A stretch of DNA of 64,000 nucleotides from Dehalococcoidia bacterium (GTDB lineage Bacteria; Chloroflexota; Dehalococcoidia; Bin125): positions 2,464,001-2,528,000 of the forward strand of contig OY820591.1 in the NCBI GenBank assembly GCA_963555985.3, in the 5' to 3' direction. Position numbers and translations under genes: made by a program. Shown one piece after another: positions 30,283 through 43,357 of the stretch (its first letter is position 1; every line of letters starts with the position of its first letter). A model generated the notes under the pieces. The model was not told the DNA's origin, searched no databases, and was given only the letters and a program-made list of their open reading frames with translations.

Positions 30283-30324
30283 GCGTCGCACCGAGCGCCT
30301 GTTTCCGCCCCACGAGATGACCCG

Positions 30325-30616
30325 ATGCCTCAGTCCCTGCCCCAACGCTGGGCCCGCCTGATCGGTGGACAGGGCCGCCCCAGCGCGCGCCCGCCCAGCC
30401 CCGCAGCCGTGGCCGAGCGCGTCCGCCGCTACCCGGAACGCGCCGCCCAGGCGCTCGCCGATCAAGCCCGGCGCCAAGACCGGGCCGATCCCCAAGATTG
30501 GCTCGCGCAAGAGCTGGAGCAAGCCGCCGAGCTGCTCGACGCAGCGACGCGGGCCAGGATCGCCGAGCTCGCCGAATCCGAGCTCTCCCGCCGCCTGCCC
30601 AAGGAAGCCAATCACG

Positions 30617-30624
<8 letters not shown>
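30325..30624 (+). CDS. Hypothetical helical protein overlapping the ileS start
   Basis: 99-aa ORF whose stop overlaps the ileS ATG (ATGACTGA). Confidence 0.5.
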
Positions 30625-33920
<3,296 letters not shown>

Positions 33921-33946
<26 letters not shown>

Positions 33947-35099
33947 GCGCAGGCTCTTCCGCCTCCTCGGGCGCGAGCGGCGGCTCGGGCGCTCGCGCCA
34001 GGCGCTCACTGCGTTGAGCGGCGCGGCGCTCGGCCCGCGCCTCCCGCGCCGACTCTTCCGCCGTCGCATCCTGGGCCTCCGGACCCTCGTCCGCGACCAT
34101 GCCGGTCACCGCCAGCAGCACCCGCCGCGACCAGGGCGCATCCTCACCGCCGACCGCATCCTCCAACTCGTCGTCGTAGTGCCCTTGCATGATCCGCGGC
34201 CACTCCGACGCGATCTCCGCGCCCAACAGCAAGACGCAGGCCGCCAGATAGACGAAGAAGAGCAGCGCGATCGTCGCGCCCAGGGAGCCGTAGACCGCGT
34301 CATAGTTGGAGAAGTTGCGCAGGTAGAAGGCGAACCCGTGCTTGAGCACTTCAAACAGCGCCCCGGCCACCAGCGCGCCCGCGATCACGTCGCGCACGCG
34401 CGTCTTCAGGCTCGGCACGACCTTGTAGATCACCGTGAACGTGATCACGCTCAGCACGTAGGGCGCGACCACGGCCAGCACATCGACCACGACGTGCGCG
34501 CTCGCGCCGAACGGACCCAGCGCGTCCGAGAGCGTCGTGCTCACGTCGCGCCCTACCTGCAACAGGGCGGTCGTCCCGATCGAGAGCGCCAGCAGTCCGC
34601 CTACACAGATGATCAGTCCCAGATCCACCAGCTTCCCGCGCACGAAGGGGCGGCGGTACTCCAGGTCCCAGGCCGTATCGAGGCTGTGCCGCAGCGCCGA
34701 CATCATTCCCGTCGCGCCCCAGAGCAGACCGAGCACGCTGAACACCCCCAGCGCCGAGCGTCCGCTCGCGATCGGCTCAATCAGCGACTCCAAGTCCTCA
34801 CGCCCGGCCCCGGCCGGCAAGATGTCGACCAAGCCGTCGATCGCGCGCTCGCGCAGCGAGTCGTCGGTCAGCAGCAGGCCGGCAATCGAGACCACCAGGA
34901 TCGTCAGGGGAAAGAGCGAGAACAGCACGTAGTAGGACATCGACGCGGCCAACTGCGGGCAGTGGTCGTTGAGGAACTCGCGCACCGCCCGCTTCGCCAG
35001 CAGGGACAGGTCGGCCCGCCACCAACTCAGGTGCAGCGCCCACCAGCGGTACCAGTGGGATGGGTCAAAGTGGAGTTGAACGCTCTGTGCTCGCCGCAT
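33921..35099 (-). CDS. YihY/virulence factor BrkB family membrane protein
   Basis: LAASMSYY.LFSLFP, Y.A.YGSLG, LLLGAE. Confidence 0.9.
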
Positions 35100-35131
35100 G
35101 ACCCCATTATCCGCCCGCGGAGGGTTGCGTG

Positions 35132-36256
35132 ATGCCCACTCACCCCCGGCGCATCATCGCCAAGTTCGGCACCAACCTGCTCACCGCCGGCGGCGAGCAG
35201 CTTGATCCGGCCACGCTCGACGACCTCACCCGCCAGATCGCGCAGGTCCGCGCGAGCGGCGCGCAGATCGCCGTGGTCACCTCCGGCGCGGTCGCCGCCG
35301 GACGCGCCCGCGTCGGCGCTCGCGCCGACAGCGCCTCCGTCGCCGCCCGCCAGGCGCTCGCCGCGATCGGACAGGCGCACCTAGTCGAACGCTACGACTC
35401 GCTCCTGCGCCGTTACGGTCTGACCGCCGCCCAAGCCCTGATCACGCGCGGCGACGTGACCGAGCGGCGCGGCTACCTCAATGTCCGCAACACGCTCCTG
35501 CGCCTGCTCCAGTACAACGTAATCCCGATCATCAACGAAAACGACGTCGTCGCCGATGAAGAACTGCGCGGCGGCGCGTTCGGCGAGAACGATGCCCTCT
35601 CCGCGCTCGTGGCCAACCTGATCGACGCCGACCTGCTAATCCTGCTCAGTGACGTCGACGGCGTCTACGACCGCGATCCCCGCCTCGATCCAAGCGCGAG
35701 CCTGATCCGGGAACTCGGCAATCCAGGCGACGCGCTCGCACTCGCCGGCGAAGTCGGCGCTCGCGGACGCGGGGGCATGAGAGCCAAGCTCGAAGCCGCC
35801 CAACTCGCCGCCAGCGGGGGAGCGGATGTCGTGATCGCCTCGGGCCGCGAGCCGGACGCGATCATCCGCATCGCGCAAAGCGAGCCGCTCGGTACTCGCA
35901 TTCCCGCCCAGGCCAGCCATCGCGCCAGCCGCCAGCGCTGGCTGCTGGCCGGCCTCCACAACGGCGGCGGCATCATCCTCGATCGCGGCGCCGTCCGCGC
36001 CCTCCGCGAACAGGGCCGCAGCCTGCTCCCGGTCGGCGTCACGGCCGTGCGCGGCCGCTTCGAGCGCGGCGATGTGATCCAGCTCTACGATCCCGAAGGC
36101 ACAGCCATCGCGGTCGGCATCAGCAACTACTCCGCCGACGAAATCAAGAGGATCGCCGGGCGGCGTTCAGACGAGATCGAGGATGCGCTGGGATACGACT
36201 ACGGCTCGGAGATGGTACATCGGAATAATCTGGCGCTCCTCCCCAGCACCGACTGA
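35132..36256 (+). CDS. proB: Glutamate 5-kinase
   Basis: KFGT..L, VTSGAV, AAIGQ, PIINEND, GGM..K; C-terminal PUA domain. Confidence 0.95.
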   Translation: MPTHPRRIIAKFGTNLLTAGGEQLDPATLDDLTRQIAQVRASGAQIAVVTSGAVAAGRARVGARADSASVAARQALAAIGQAHLVERYDSLLRRYGLTAAQALITRGDVTERRGYLNVRNTLLRLLQYNVIPIINENDVVADEELRGGAFGENDALSALVANLIDADLLILLSDVDGVYDRDPRLDPSASLIRELGNPGDALALAGEVGARGRGGMRAKLEAAQLAASGGADVVIASGREPDAIIRIAQSEPLGTRIPAQASHRASRQRWLLAGLHNGGGIILDRGAVRALREQGRSLLPVGVTAVRGRFERGDVIQLYDPEGTAIAVGISNYSADEIKRIAGRRSDEIEDALGYDYGSEMVHRNNLALLPSTD

Positions 36257-36260
36257 GAGT

Positions 36261-36313
36261 GGGGGAGCCCGCTCCGTTCCCAGTCCCCGACTTGATCGGG
36301 GACCTGCTCCCCC
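36261..36313. repeat. Nested hairpin after proB (REP-like or terminator-like)
   Basis: GGGGGAGC...GCTCCCCC enclosing GTCCCCGA-CTTGA-TCGGGGAC. Confidence 0.5.
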
Positions 36314-36397
36314 CTCCATAAACCACGACACACAACCCCGAACACCAATTCACTATAGTCATCACAGAACGTTCGTATCACTCAGAAAGGACTACCC

Positions 36398-37249
36398 ATG
36401 CAGATCCACCCCGCCCGACGCCGCCGCGCCCTCCGCGTCCACTACCTCCAACAACGCGGCGACTCGCTCCGCAAGATCGCCGAGCAACTCGGTGTCTCCC
36501 ACACCACCGTCCGCGACGACCTCCGTCTGGTCGAATCCCACTGGAGCAGCATCGCCGCCCCGGCCGCCGACGATCTGCTGCTCGAATCCCTGCAACTGCT
36601 CCAGTTCCGGCTCGCCCTCGCCGCTCGCGACGACGAAGTCGCCCGTCTCTCAGACCGCCTCACGCCGGTCGAGTACCTCCGCGCCCGCGACGCCCAGGAC
36701 GCCCAACTGACCGCGCTCGCGCGCGAGATCCGGCGCACGGTCGGCGAGGTCCACCGCCGCGCCGAGCAGCGCCCGGACCAACCCGACCTCGACGCCGAAC
36801 AGCCGCAAACCCCGGCCGAAACCTCCCAACCTTCCACAGCCTTACAGCCCGAATCCGCGATCTCCAGTGCAGAGCGGGAGATCGTCGAAATTCCGGCCCC
36901 GGAGGAAAAACTTCCTTCCAATCCCATCCAACCCACCCCACCCAACCGCCAGGCCGAAGCAGCGCCAACCCCGGCCGAAACCGCCGAGGTTTCCACAGCC
37001 TTACAGCCGGAATCGACGATCGCCAGTGCAGAGCGGGAGATCGTCGAAATTCCGGCTCCCGAGGAAAAACTTCCTTCCAACCCCCTCCAACTCCCCGATC
37101 CGCCCGCTTACGACGAGCTGCTTAACGAAGTCATCGACCACTTCCCCCAGCTCAAGGGCCAGTCGGAGGAGCAAATCCTCGCATTCCTCGACCAATTCAC
37201 CAGCCCAAACGAGGAACCCATCCAAATCCAGACCGCAGCCGCCGGCTAA
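36398..37249 (+). CDS. Orphan protein with N-terminal HTH and duplicated Pro/Glu-rich repeat
   Basis: SLRKIAEQLGVSHTTVRDDL HTH; AAAGGA RBS; TATAGT -10 at 36354-36359. Confidence 0.75.
   Translation: MQIHPARRRRALRVHYLQQRGDSLRKIAEQLGVSHTTVRDDLRLVESHWSSIAAPAADDLLLESLQLLQFRLALAARDDEVARLSDRLTPVEYLRARDAQDAQLTALAREIRRTVGEVHRRAEQRPDQPDLDAEQPQTPAETSQPSTALQPESAISSAEREIVEIPAPEEKLPSNPIQPTPPNRQAEAAPTPAETAEVSTALQPESTIASAEREIVEIPAPEEKLPSNPLQLPDPPAYDELLNEVIDHFPQLKGQSEEQILAFLDQFTSPNEEPIQIQTAAAG
36808..37091 (+). repeat. Intragenic direct repeat, about 125 bp x2, 159-bp period
   Basis: 36808-36932 vs 36967-37091, both encoding STALQPES..SAEREIVEIPAPEEKLPSNP. Confidence 0.9.
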
Positions 37250-37286
37250 CTACCCTCCTCTCCCCATGATCGCTCTCCCCCTTGAG

Positions 37287-37427
37287 GAGACCGGTGCAAA
37301 AGTCCCATTTCCGTCATTCCAGGCTTGACCTGGAATCTCGTTCGGAGTTCGGTCTATCTGGTCGGGCGAGATTCCAGCTTTCGCTGGAATGACGAGAGCA
37401 GCGGGAATGCCAATTTGCAAAGCCCTC
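37287..37427. mobile_element. MITE-like element with imperfect terminal inverted repeats and two internal hairpins
   Basis: Starts GAGACCGGTGCAAAA, ends TTTGCAAAGCCCTC; internal GTCATTCCAGG..CCTGGAATC and GATTCCAGC..GCTGGAATGAC. Confidence 0.65.
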
Positions 37428-37538
37428 CGTAGGCGGGGACAAGGGGGGTCCCCGCTACGCCTGAGCAGATGAGATCGCACGGTCACGGTAAGCACCCCGG
37501 ACATACGCCGCAGCGACGGCACGCAATACCCTCTCTTC

Positions 37539-38417
37539 ATGACCACCCTCAACGACTATCCCGCCTCCCAGATCTACTTCTCCCAGCGACTGCGGCTGCA
37601 CTACGTGGATTGGGGCAATCCCAGCGCTCCGCCGCTGATCCTGGTTCACGGCGGGCGCGATCACTGCCGCTCCTGGGATTGGGTCGCGCTGGCCCTGCGC
37701 GACCGCTACCACGTGATCGCGCCCGACCTGCGCGGTCACGGCGACTCGCAGTGGGTCAACGGCTCCGGCTACGCCATGATCGATTACGTCTACGACCTGG
37801 CCCAACTGGTGCGGCAGAAGCATCTCGCGCCCGTGACCTTGCTTGGCCACTCGCTGGGCGGGCGCATCTGCATCGAATACGCCGGCATCTACCCCGATCG
37901 CGTCAGCCGCTTGATCGCGATCGAGGGCCTGGGGCCTTCGCGTTCGCAAACGGACGAACACTCGAACACCCCGGCGCATCGGCGGATGGCGGACTGGATC
38001 GGCTCGATTCACCGCTTCGCCGGACGCCTGCCCCGCCGCTATCCGACCCTCGAGGATGCGGTCGATCGAATGCGCGAAGCCAACCCCCGGCTCTCGCCGG
38101 AACAGGCGCTGCATCTCACCACCCACGCCGTCAACCAGAACGAGGACGGCACCTACATCTGGAAGTTCGACAACTACGCCCGCTCGCACTCGCCCTATCC
38201 CTTCAACGAGGACGACGCCGAGGAGATCTGGCAGCGGGTGCGGATGCCGACCCTGCTGATCAGCGGCTTGGAATCCGCCGGAGACCCGAACAAAGACGAA
38301 CGAACCAAGTCCTTCCCCCACGCGCAGCGGGTCGGAGTCGCCAACGCCGGCCACTGGGTGCATCACGACCAGCTCGATCTGTTCCTCGATCACGTCGAGC
38401 ACTTCCTGATCCAATAG
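37539..38417 (+). CDS. Alpha/beta hydrolase
   Basis: LVHGG, DLRGHGDS, GHSLGG nucleophile elbow, AGHWVHHD. Confidence 0.92.
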   Translation: MTTLNDYPASQIYFSQRLRLHYVDWGNPSAPPLILVHGGRDHCRSWDWVALALRDRYHVIAPDLRGHGDSQWVNGSGYAMIDYVYDLAQLVRQKHLAPVTLLGHSLGGRICIEYAGIYPDRVSRLIAIEGLGPSRSQTDEHSNTPAHRRMADWIGSIHRFAGRLPRRYPTLEDAVDRMREANPRLSPEQALHLTTHAVNQNEDGTYIWKFDNYARSHSPYPFNEDDAEEIWQRVRMPTLLISGLESAGDPNKDERTKSFPHAQRVGVANAGHWVHHDQLDLFLDHVEHFLIQ

Positions 38418-38705
38418 GAGACTCGTGCGCAATCCTCAATCATCTCCCCCTGACGAGACCGTTGCAAAATCCCCATATCCGTCATTCCCGCGCAGGCGGG
38501 AATCTCGAACCTCTCAAGTCTGAAGCTCTTCCATATCTGGTCGTACCACCGACCTCGCATCGCACGCTCCGCTTCTCCGAGCCCCCAATGCACCGAGATG
38601 GACTTTCCCAAAGCCCTCCGAACGCAGGAATCCATACAACGTGTCGAGTGGGACGTGGATTCCCGCCTGCGCGGGAATGACGGAAATGGGAGTTGCAAAG
38701 GTCTC
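38418..38705. mobile_element. Nested MITE-like element with 6-bp target-site duplication
   Basis: CAATAG|GAGACTCGTGCGCAATCC...GAGTTGCAAAGGTCTC|CAATAG; inner unit 38455-38618 (GAGACCGTTGCAAAA...TTTCCCAAAGCCCTC). Confidence 0.75.
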
Positions 38706-38743
38706 CAATAGCGCTACCGTCTACGCGGAGAGGAATCAGCCGG

Positions 38744-40192
38744 ATGCGGATCAGCCGATCACTCGCGCTCGCCTTGCTGGGCCTGCTGGCGCTCGCCTGC
38801 GCCGCCGGCGGTTACGTGCTCGCGCATGTGACTCAGGGAGAGAACGAAGTGCGGGTGGTCGTGCGACCGCACGAGGACGGCCGGATCGAGGTCGCGCTGC
38901 AACAGCGAACCGAGGGGAACTGGGGCGAACCGCTGAAACCAGAGCGGCGCTTCCTCTCGCCGGAGCGGATCGAACAGCAAGCCGGTCGCTGGCTGCAAAG
39001 TTCGCCGCTCTTGCTCGAAGCGCAGCCCGAACCGGAGCCGCTGCGGATCGGCTTCATCGGCAGCTACACGGGCACGCCCGCGCCCTCGGGCCCCGATCGG
39101 CAGACCGGAGCGGAGTTGGCCGTCGCCCATCTCAACGCGGCGGGCGGGGTCAACGGGCGCCCGGTCGAGTTGGTGGTCGGCGATACCGGCTCCGAGCTCG
39201 AAGTAGTGCTCGCGGAAGCGCGCCGCTTGGTCGAGGAGGAAGGCGTCCACGCGATCGTCGGCCCCGATCGCAGCTCGTTCACGCTGGCGGTCGTGGAGGC
39301 GGTGACCAAGCCGGCCGGAATTCCGACGATCTCTCCTTCGGCTACTTCGCCCCTGCTGACCACCGCCGACGACGACGGCTACCTCTTCCGCAGCATCACC
39401 TCCGACGCTGCGCAAGGGCCGGCGCTGGCGGCGCTGGCGCGGGACGAGGGCTACACGAACGTCGGCGTGATCTTCTTCGACGACGCCTATGGACGAGGGT
39501 TGGCCGAGTCGTTTGAGGCCGCCTGGAGCGATGCGGGCGGGAAGCTGGCGACGGCGCCAATCAACGGCGAGTCGGACTCCTATCTGAGCGAACTGCGAAT
39601 GCTGGCCGAGTCCGGCGCGGAGGTCTTGGTCGTGATCACCTTCGTCAGCCAGGCCGAAATCTTTCTCCGTGAAGCGCTTGAGCAGGAATTGTTCGATCGC
39701 TTCCTCTTCGTGGATGCGACCAAGCGCCAGTATCTGCTTGATGTGATCGGCGCCGAGCACCTGAGCGGGATGAAGGGCACCTCTCACGCGCCCGCGCCTG
39801 AGACCGAGTCGCTGCGGCTCTATCTGGAGGCCTACCGAGCGATGTTCGGAGAGCCGTCGGGCAGCGACTTCGTACCGACGACCTATGACGCGGTGATTGC
39901 CATCGGGCTGGCGGCGGCGAAGGCCGGTTCGACCGACGGAGCCGCGATCCGCGACGCGCTGCCGCAAGTGGCCGGTCCGGGCGGACAAGAGGTGCTGCCC
40001 GGCGCTGCGGGAGTCGCGCAAGCGCTGGCGATCATCGCCCAGGGCGGGGAAGTCGATTACCAGGGCGTTGCGACCAAGCTGGACTGGGACGCGGCGGGAG
40101 ATGTGCCCGCCGGTCAGATTGGCATCTGGCAGTTCGCAGCGGGCGGGATCGAGGAGCTGCGAGTGGTGCCGTTCGATCTGCGGGAGCAGTAA
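38744..40192 (+). CDS. Branched-chain-amino-acid-type ABC substrate-binding protein with extra N-terminal domain
   Basis: LRIG, LAV..LNAAGGVNGRPVEL...D, ISPSATSP.L, YG.GL, YDAV. Confidence 0.88.
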   Translation: MRISRSLALALLGLLALACAAGGYVLAHVTQGENEVRVVVRPHEDGRIEVALQQRTEGNWGEPLKPERRFLSPERIEQQAGRWLQSSPLLLEAQPEPEPLRIGFIGSYTGTPAPSGPDRQTGAELAVAHLNAAGGVNGRPVELVVGDTGSELEVVLAEARRLVEEEGVHAIVGPDRSSFTLAVVEAVTKPAGIPTISPSATSPLLTTADDDGYLFRSITSDAAQGPALAALARDEGYTNVGVIFFDDAYGRGLAESFEAAWSDAGGKLATAPINGESDSYLSELRMLAESGAEVLVVITFVSQAEIFLREALEQELFDRFLFVDATKRQYLLDVIGAEHLSGMKGTSHAPAPETESLRLYLEAYRAMFGEPSGSDFVPTTYDAVIAIGLAAAKAGSTDGAAIRDALPQVAGPGGQEVLPGAAGVAQALAIIAQGGEVDYQGVATKLDWDAAGDVPAGQIGIWQFAAGGIEELRVVPFDLREQ

Positions 40193-40236
40193 GGCCGTTG
40201 GCGGGGCGCAAACGTTCAGCGCCTAGACTGCGCGCC

Positions 40237-41373
40237 ATGAGCGCCCTAGCGCGACCGAGACCGAAATTCAGCTGGTTCGTCCCGATCGACGGCGACGGCG
40301 ATCGGATCGGCTCCCTGCGCGCGCAGCGTCCGCCCAGCTTCGACTATCTGCGCGATGTCGTCCTCAACGCGGAGCAGCTGGGCTATCACTCGCTGCTGAT
40401 CCCCACCCGTTTCAGCAACGGCTCGTTCGATCAGGCCGCGCCGCTCGCGGAGACCTGGACGGCGGCGACGGCGCTGGCGGCGGTCAGTTCGCGCATTCGC
40501 TTGCTAATCGCCGTGCGGCCGGGCTTCGCCTCGGCGGGACTCTTCGCGCAGCAGGCCGCGACCCTGCACGAGCTCTCGGGCGGGCGAATCGATATCAATA
40601 TCGTCCCCGGGGGCATCCAGGGCGACAACGAGCGGATCGGCGCAGCCGTCTCACACAACGACCGCTACGCGCAGGCGAACGAGTTCATTGAGGCCTGTTC
40701 GCGGCTCTGGGCCTCGGGCGGGCCGCTGGACTTCGCCGGCGAGGCCGTGCATCTGCGCGGAGCGCTCTGCGCGCCGCAGCCGTCGCCGCCGCCGGAGTGG
40801 TACCTGGGCGGCGCCTCTGACTCGGCGCTGCGCTTGGCGGCTGAGCGGGCGGACGTGCTGCTCTGCTGGATTCAGCCGTTCGAGGCGATGTCGGCGCTGC
40901 TGGATCGCGCGCGTGAGGCAGCGGCGCGAGCGGGGCGCAACCCACGCTTCGGGCTGCGTACGCATCTGGTCGTGCGCGAGACCGAAGCCGCGGCTTGGGC
41001 GGAGGCGGAAGCGCTGCTCTCGGAGGCGCATCCCCAGGTGATGGCGCAGCGCGCGGCGGCGGTACGTTCGACCGCGATGGTCGGGGCGGCGGCGCAGGCG
41101 CGGCGAGTGGAGGACGATCGCCTCAGCGAGCGCTTGTGGAACGGCATCTCGCGCGTGCGGGTGAATCTGGGCACGGCGATCGTGGGCACACCCGAGCAGG
41201 CGGCAGCGGAGTTGCGGCGCTACTGGGAGCTGGGATTTGATGAGTTCATCCTCTCGGGCTATCCGCATTTGGAAGAGGCGGAGCGGATTGCTCGGGAGGT
41301 GATTCCACTTGTTGCGCCGGACCCCCCTCTGTCCCTTCGGGACATCTCCCCCCGCAATGCGGGGGGAGAGTAG
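40237..41373 (+). CDS. Luciferase-like monooxygenase, SsuD/MsuD-like
   Basis: WF.P..GDG, AE.LG...LLIPT, L.AVRPG, GGAS, FILSGYPHLEEA. Confidence 0.88.
   Translation: MSALARPRPKFSWFVPIDGDGDRIGSLRAQRPPSFDYLRDVVLNAEQLGYHSLLIPTRFSNGSFDQAAPLAETWTAATALAAVSSRIRLLIAVRPGFASAGLFAQQAATLHELSGGRIDINIVPGGIQGDNERIGAAVSHNDRYAQANEFIEACSRLWASGGPLDFAGEAVHLRGALCAPQPSPPPEWYLGGASDSALRLAAERADVLLCWIQPFEAMSALLDRAREAAARAGRNPRFGLRTHLVVRETEAAAWAEAEALLSEAHPQVMAQRAAAVRSTAMVGAAAQARRVEDDRLSERLWNGISRVRVNLGTAIVGTPEQAAAELRRYWELGFDEFILSGYPHLEEAERIAREVIPLVAPDPPLSLRDISPRNAGGE
41321..41370. repeat. Family-A repeat inside the 3' end of the monooxygenase ORF
   Basis: ACCCCCCTCTGTCCCTTCGGGACATCTCCCCCCGCAATGCGGGGGGAGAG, directly followed by TAG. 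Confidence 0.85.
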
Positions 41374-41416
41374 GGACCCGAGCGGCGCGGCGGTCTGCTG
41401 AAACCGGAGGTCTGAA

Positions 41417-42613
41417 ATGGGTTGGCCAATCGACCGTCCGACGGGGCTGACGCACCACGATCCGGCCCGCTCCTGCAAGGGCTACACGCTGATGTGCGGT
41501 CTGGGCGGACAGGATGCGGTGCTGCTCGATATGCAGGGACGGGTGGTTCAGCGCTGGCACGTGCCCGACCGCCGGCTGTTCAACGTCGAGTTGCTGCCGA
41601 GCGGGAACCTGCTGGCGCTGCTCTCGCCGCTCAATCCGCCGCCGCCGCGCACGATCGGCGAGACTACCCGCTTCAATCTCGATCCGGGCGAGCCGCCGGA
41701 CACGTTCAACTTCTTGGGCGGTCACGGCGACGGTCTGCACGAGCTCGACTGGGATGGGAACAGCGTCTGGGCAGTGGAGAATCCGGCGCTGCACCACGAC
41801 TTCGCGCGGATGGCCAACGGCCACACGATGACGCTGGAGTGGGTCGAGATTCCGGACGAGGTCTCGGAGCGGATCCCGGGCGGCGGACACTTGCCCAATC
41901 AGCCGATGCCGCCGCGCATGATCGGCGACGATTTCGTCGAACTCGACGAGCACGGGGCCGAGCTCAGCCGCATCCACCTCTGGGAGGCGCTTGAGCCCGA
42001 GTTGACCCCGATCTGTCCGCTCGAAAATCGCTGGGAGTGGACGCACACCAACAGCGTGGACGTGATGGAGGACGGCGGGATCATCTTCTCGGCGCGCAAT
42101 GTGAGCACGATCGGGATCGTTGATCCGCCCAGCGACGACCAACCGCCAACTCTGCGTTGGAGCTGCGGCCCGCCCGAACTGGCGCATCAGCATCACGCCT
42201 CGGCGCTGGCGAACGGGCGCATCCTGGTCTACGACAACGGTCAGCACCGCTTGCAAGACCTCTGCTACTCGCGGGTGCTGGAGATTGATCCGTCGGACGA
42301 CAGCGTGGCGCAGGTCTTTCAGGGGACGCCGCGAGAGCAGTTCTTCTCGGCGCACATCTCCGGGGTCTGCCGCTTGGAGAATGGCAACACGCTGGTCACG
42401 GAGGGCGCGGCGGGGCGGATCTTCGAGGTGGACGGGCAGGGGCAGGTGGTCTGGGAGTGGGTTAGTCCGTTTCAGGTGCAGCAGCGGGGTGATACGTGCA
42501 ACTGGGTCTTTCGGGCCTGGCGGTACGGGGCGGACTTTCCCGGTCTGGCGGGGCGGGAGTTGGATCACCGTGCGCAGGCGGGGTTCAATCGCTTGTATGG
42601 GTTGGGGGAGTGA
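41417..42613 (+). CDS. Arylsulfotransferase (ASST) family protein
   Basis: GYTL, HHDF, WTH.NS, QHHA, DNG, RL.NGNTL.TEG..GRIFEV, VVWE. Confidence 0.85.
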   Translation: MGWPIDRPTGLTHHDPARSCKGYTLMCGLGGQDAVLLDMQGRVVQRWHVPDRRLFNVELLPSGNLLALLSPLNPPPPRTIGETTRFNLDPGEPPDTFNFLGGHGDGLHELDWDGNSVWAVENPALHHDFARMANGHTMTLEWVEIPDEVSERIPGGGHLPNQPMPPRMIGDDFVELDEHGAELSRIHLWEALEPELTPICPLENRWEWTHTNSVDVMEDGGIIFSARNVSTIGIVDPPSDDQPPTLRWSCGPPELAHQHHASALANGRILVYDNGQHRLQDLCYSRVLEIDPSDDSVAQVFQGTPREQFFSAHISGVCRLENGNTLVTEGAAGRIFEVDGQGQVVWEWVSPFQVQQRGDTCNWVFRAWRYGADFPGLAGRELDHRAQAGFNRLYGLGE

Positions 42614-42642
42614 TTGGATTGGGGATGAGCACATATCCAGTG

Positions 42643-42737
42643 CCGTCATTGTCCGCTCCGCCGCAGGTATGACGGAAGTGGAGACGCGGGTCTCACCCCC
42701 TCTGCCCCTTCGGGGCATCTCCCCCTCAAGGGGGAGA
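42643..42737. repeat. Degenerate family-B plus family-A repeats
   Basis: CCGTCAT..ATGACGG, then ACCCCCTCTGCCCCTTCGGGGCATCTCCCCCTCAAGGGGGAGA. Confidence 0.78.
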
Positions 42738-42766
42738 TTAGTTCTCTGTATGGGTCATCCGAGGGA

Positions 42767-43357
42767 TCAGCCGGAGCGGGGGACTTTGAGGCGGCGGGTG
42801 GCGATCAGGAGGTCGTGGGTTTGGCCGTCGGCGTCGATTACGTAGTCCCAGAGGACGGCTTCGCGCTGGAAACCGAGGCGGCGGAAGACGGATTGGGCGG
42901 CGGCCTGGTCGAGCACCATGCGGGCGGTGAGGAGTTGCAGTTCGAGCAGTTGGGCGATGGCGTAGATCTCTTCGGCAAGGACTCGGCCGAGTCCGCGGCC
43001 GCGGGCGGTTGGGGAGAGCAGCAGGCGGATTTCGCCGAGGTGGCGGGTCCAGTCGGCGGAGGAGTAGTTGAGGTCGCCCTCGCCGAGCAGTTCGTCGCCG
43101 TCGAAGGCGAGCACGGTGTAGGTGCGCCCGTCGGCGATTTCGCGCATCCAGTCGGCGACGGAGGATTCTTTGGTGATGTCGCGGCGGAGGAAGAGGAGGT
43201 CGTCGGCGGGCAGTGAGCGGGCGAAGGCGAGGATCGTGTCTTCATCGCCCGGGCCCATCAGGCGGAGGCTAATCTTGTGTCCGTCGCGGAGGGAGGCGGC
43301 GCGGGGGTAGCGGACGGCGATGTGTTGCTGAGCTTCAGCGGGGGAGGTCTGGGCCAT
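42767..43357 (-). CDS. GNAT-family N-acetyltransferase
   Basis: LRDG, ARGRGLG acetyl-CoA motif, FRRLGF..EA.L. Confidence 0.88.
   Translation of the reverse strand: MAQTSPAEAQQHIAVRYPRAASLRDGHKISLRLMGPGDEDTILAFARSLPADDLLFLRRDITKESSVADWMREIADGRTYTVLAFDGDELLGEGDLNYSSADWTRHLGEIRLLLSPTARGRGLGRVLAEEIYAIAQLLELQLLTARMVLDQAAAQSVFRRLGFQREAVLWDYVIDADGQTHDLLIATRRLKVPRSG

Noticed and set aside
30283-30616. T-box leader before ileS, or the 84-aa N-terminal extension in the track ORF
   Set aside because: No T-box motif or terminator seen; the region holds an ORF overlapping the RBS-preceded ATG at 30617
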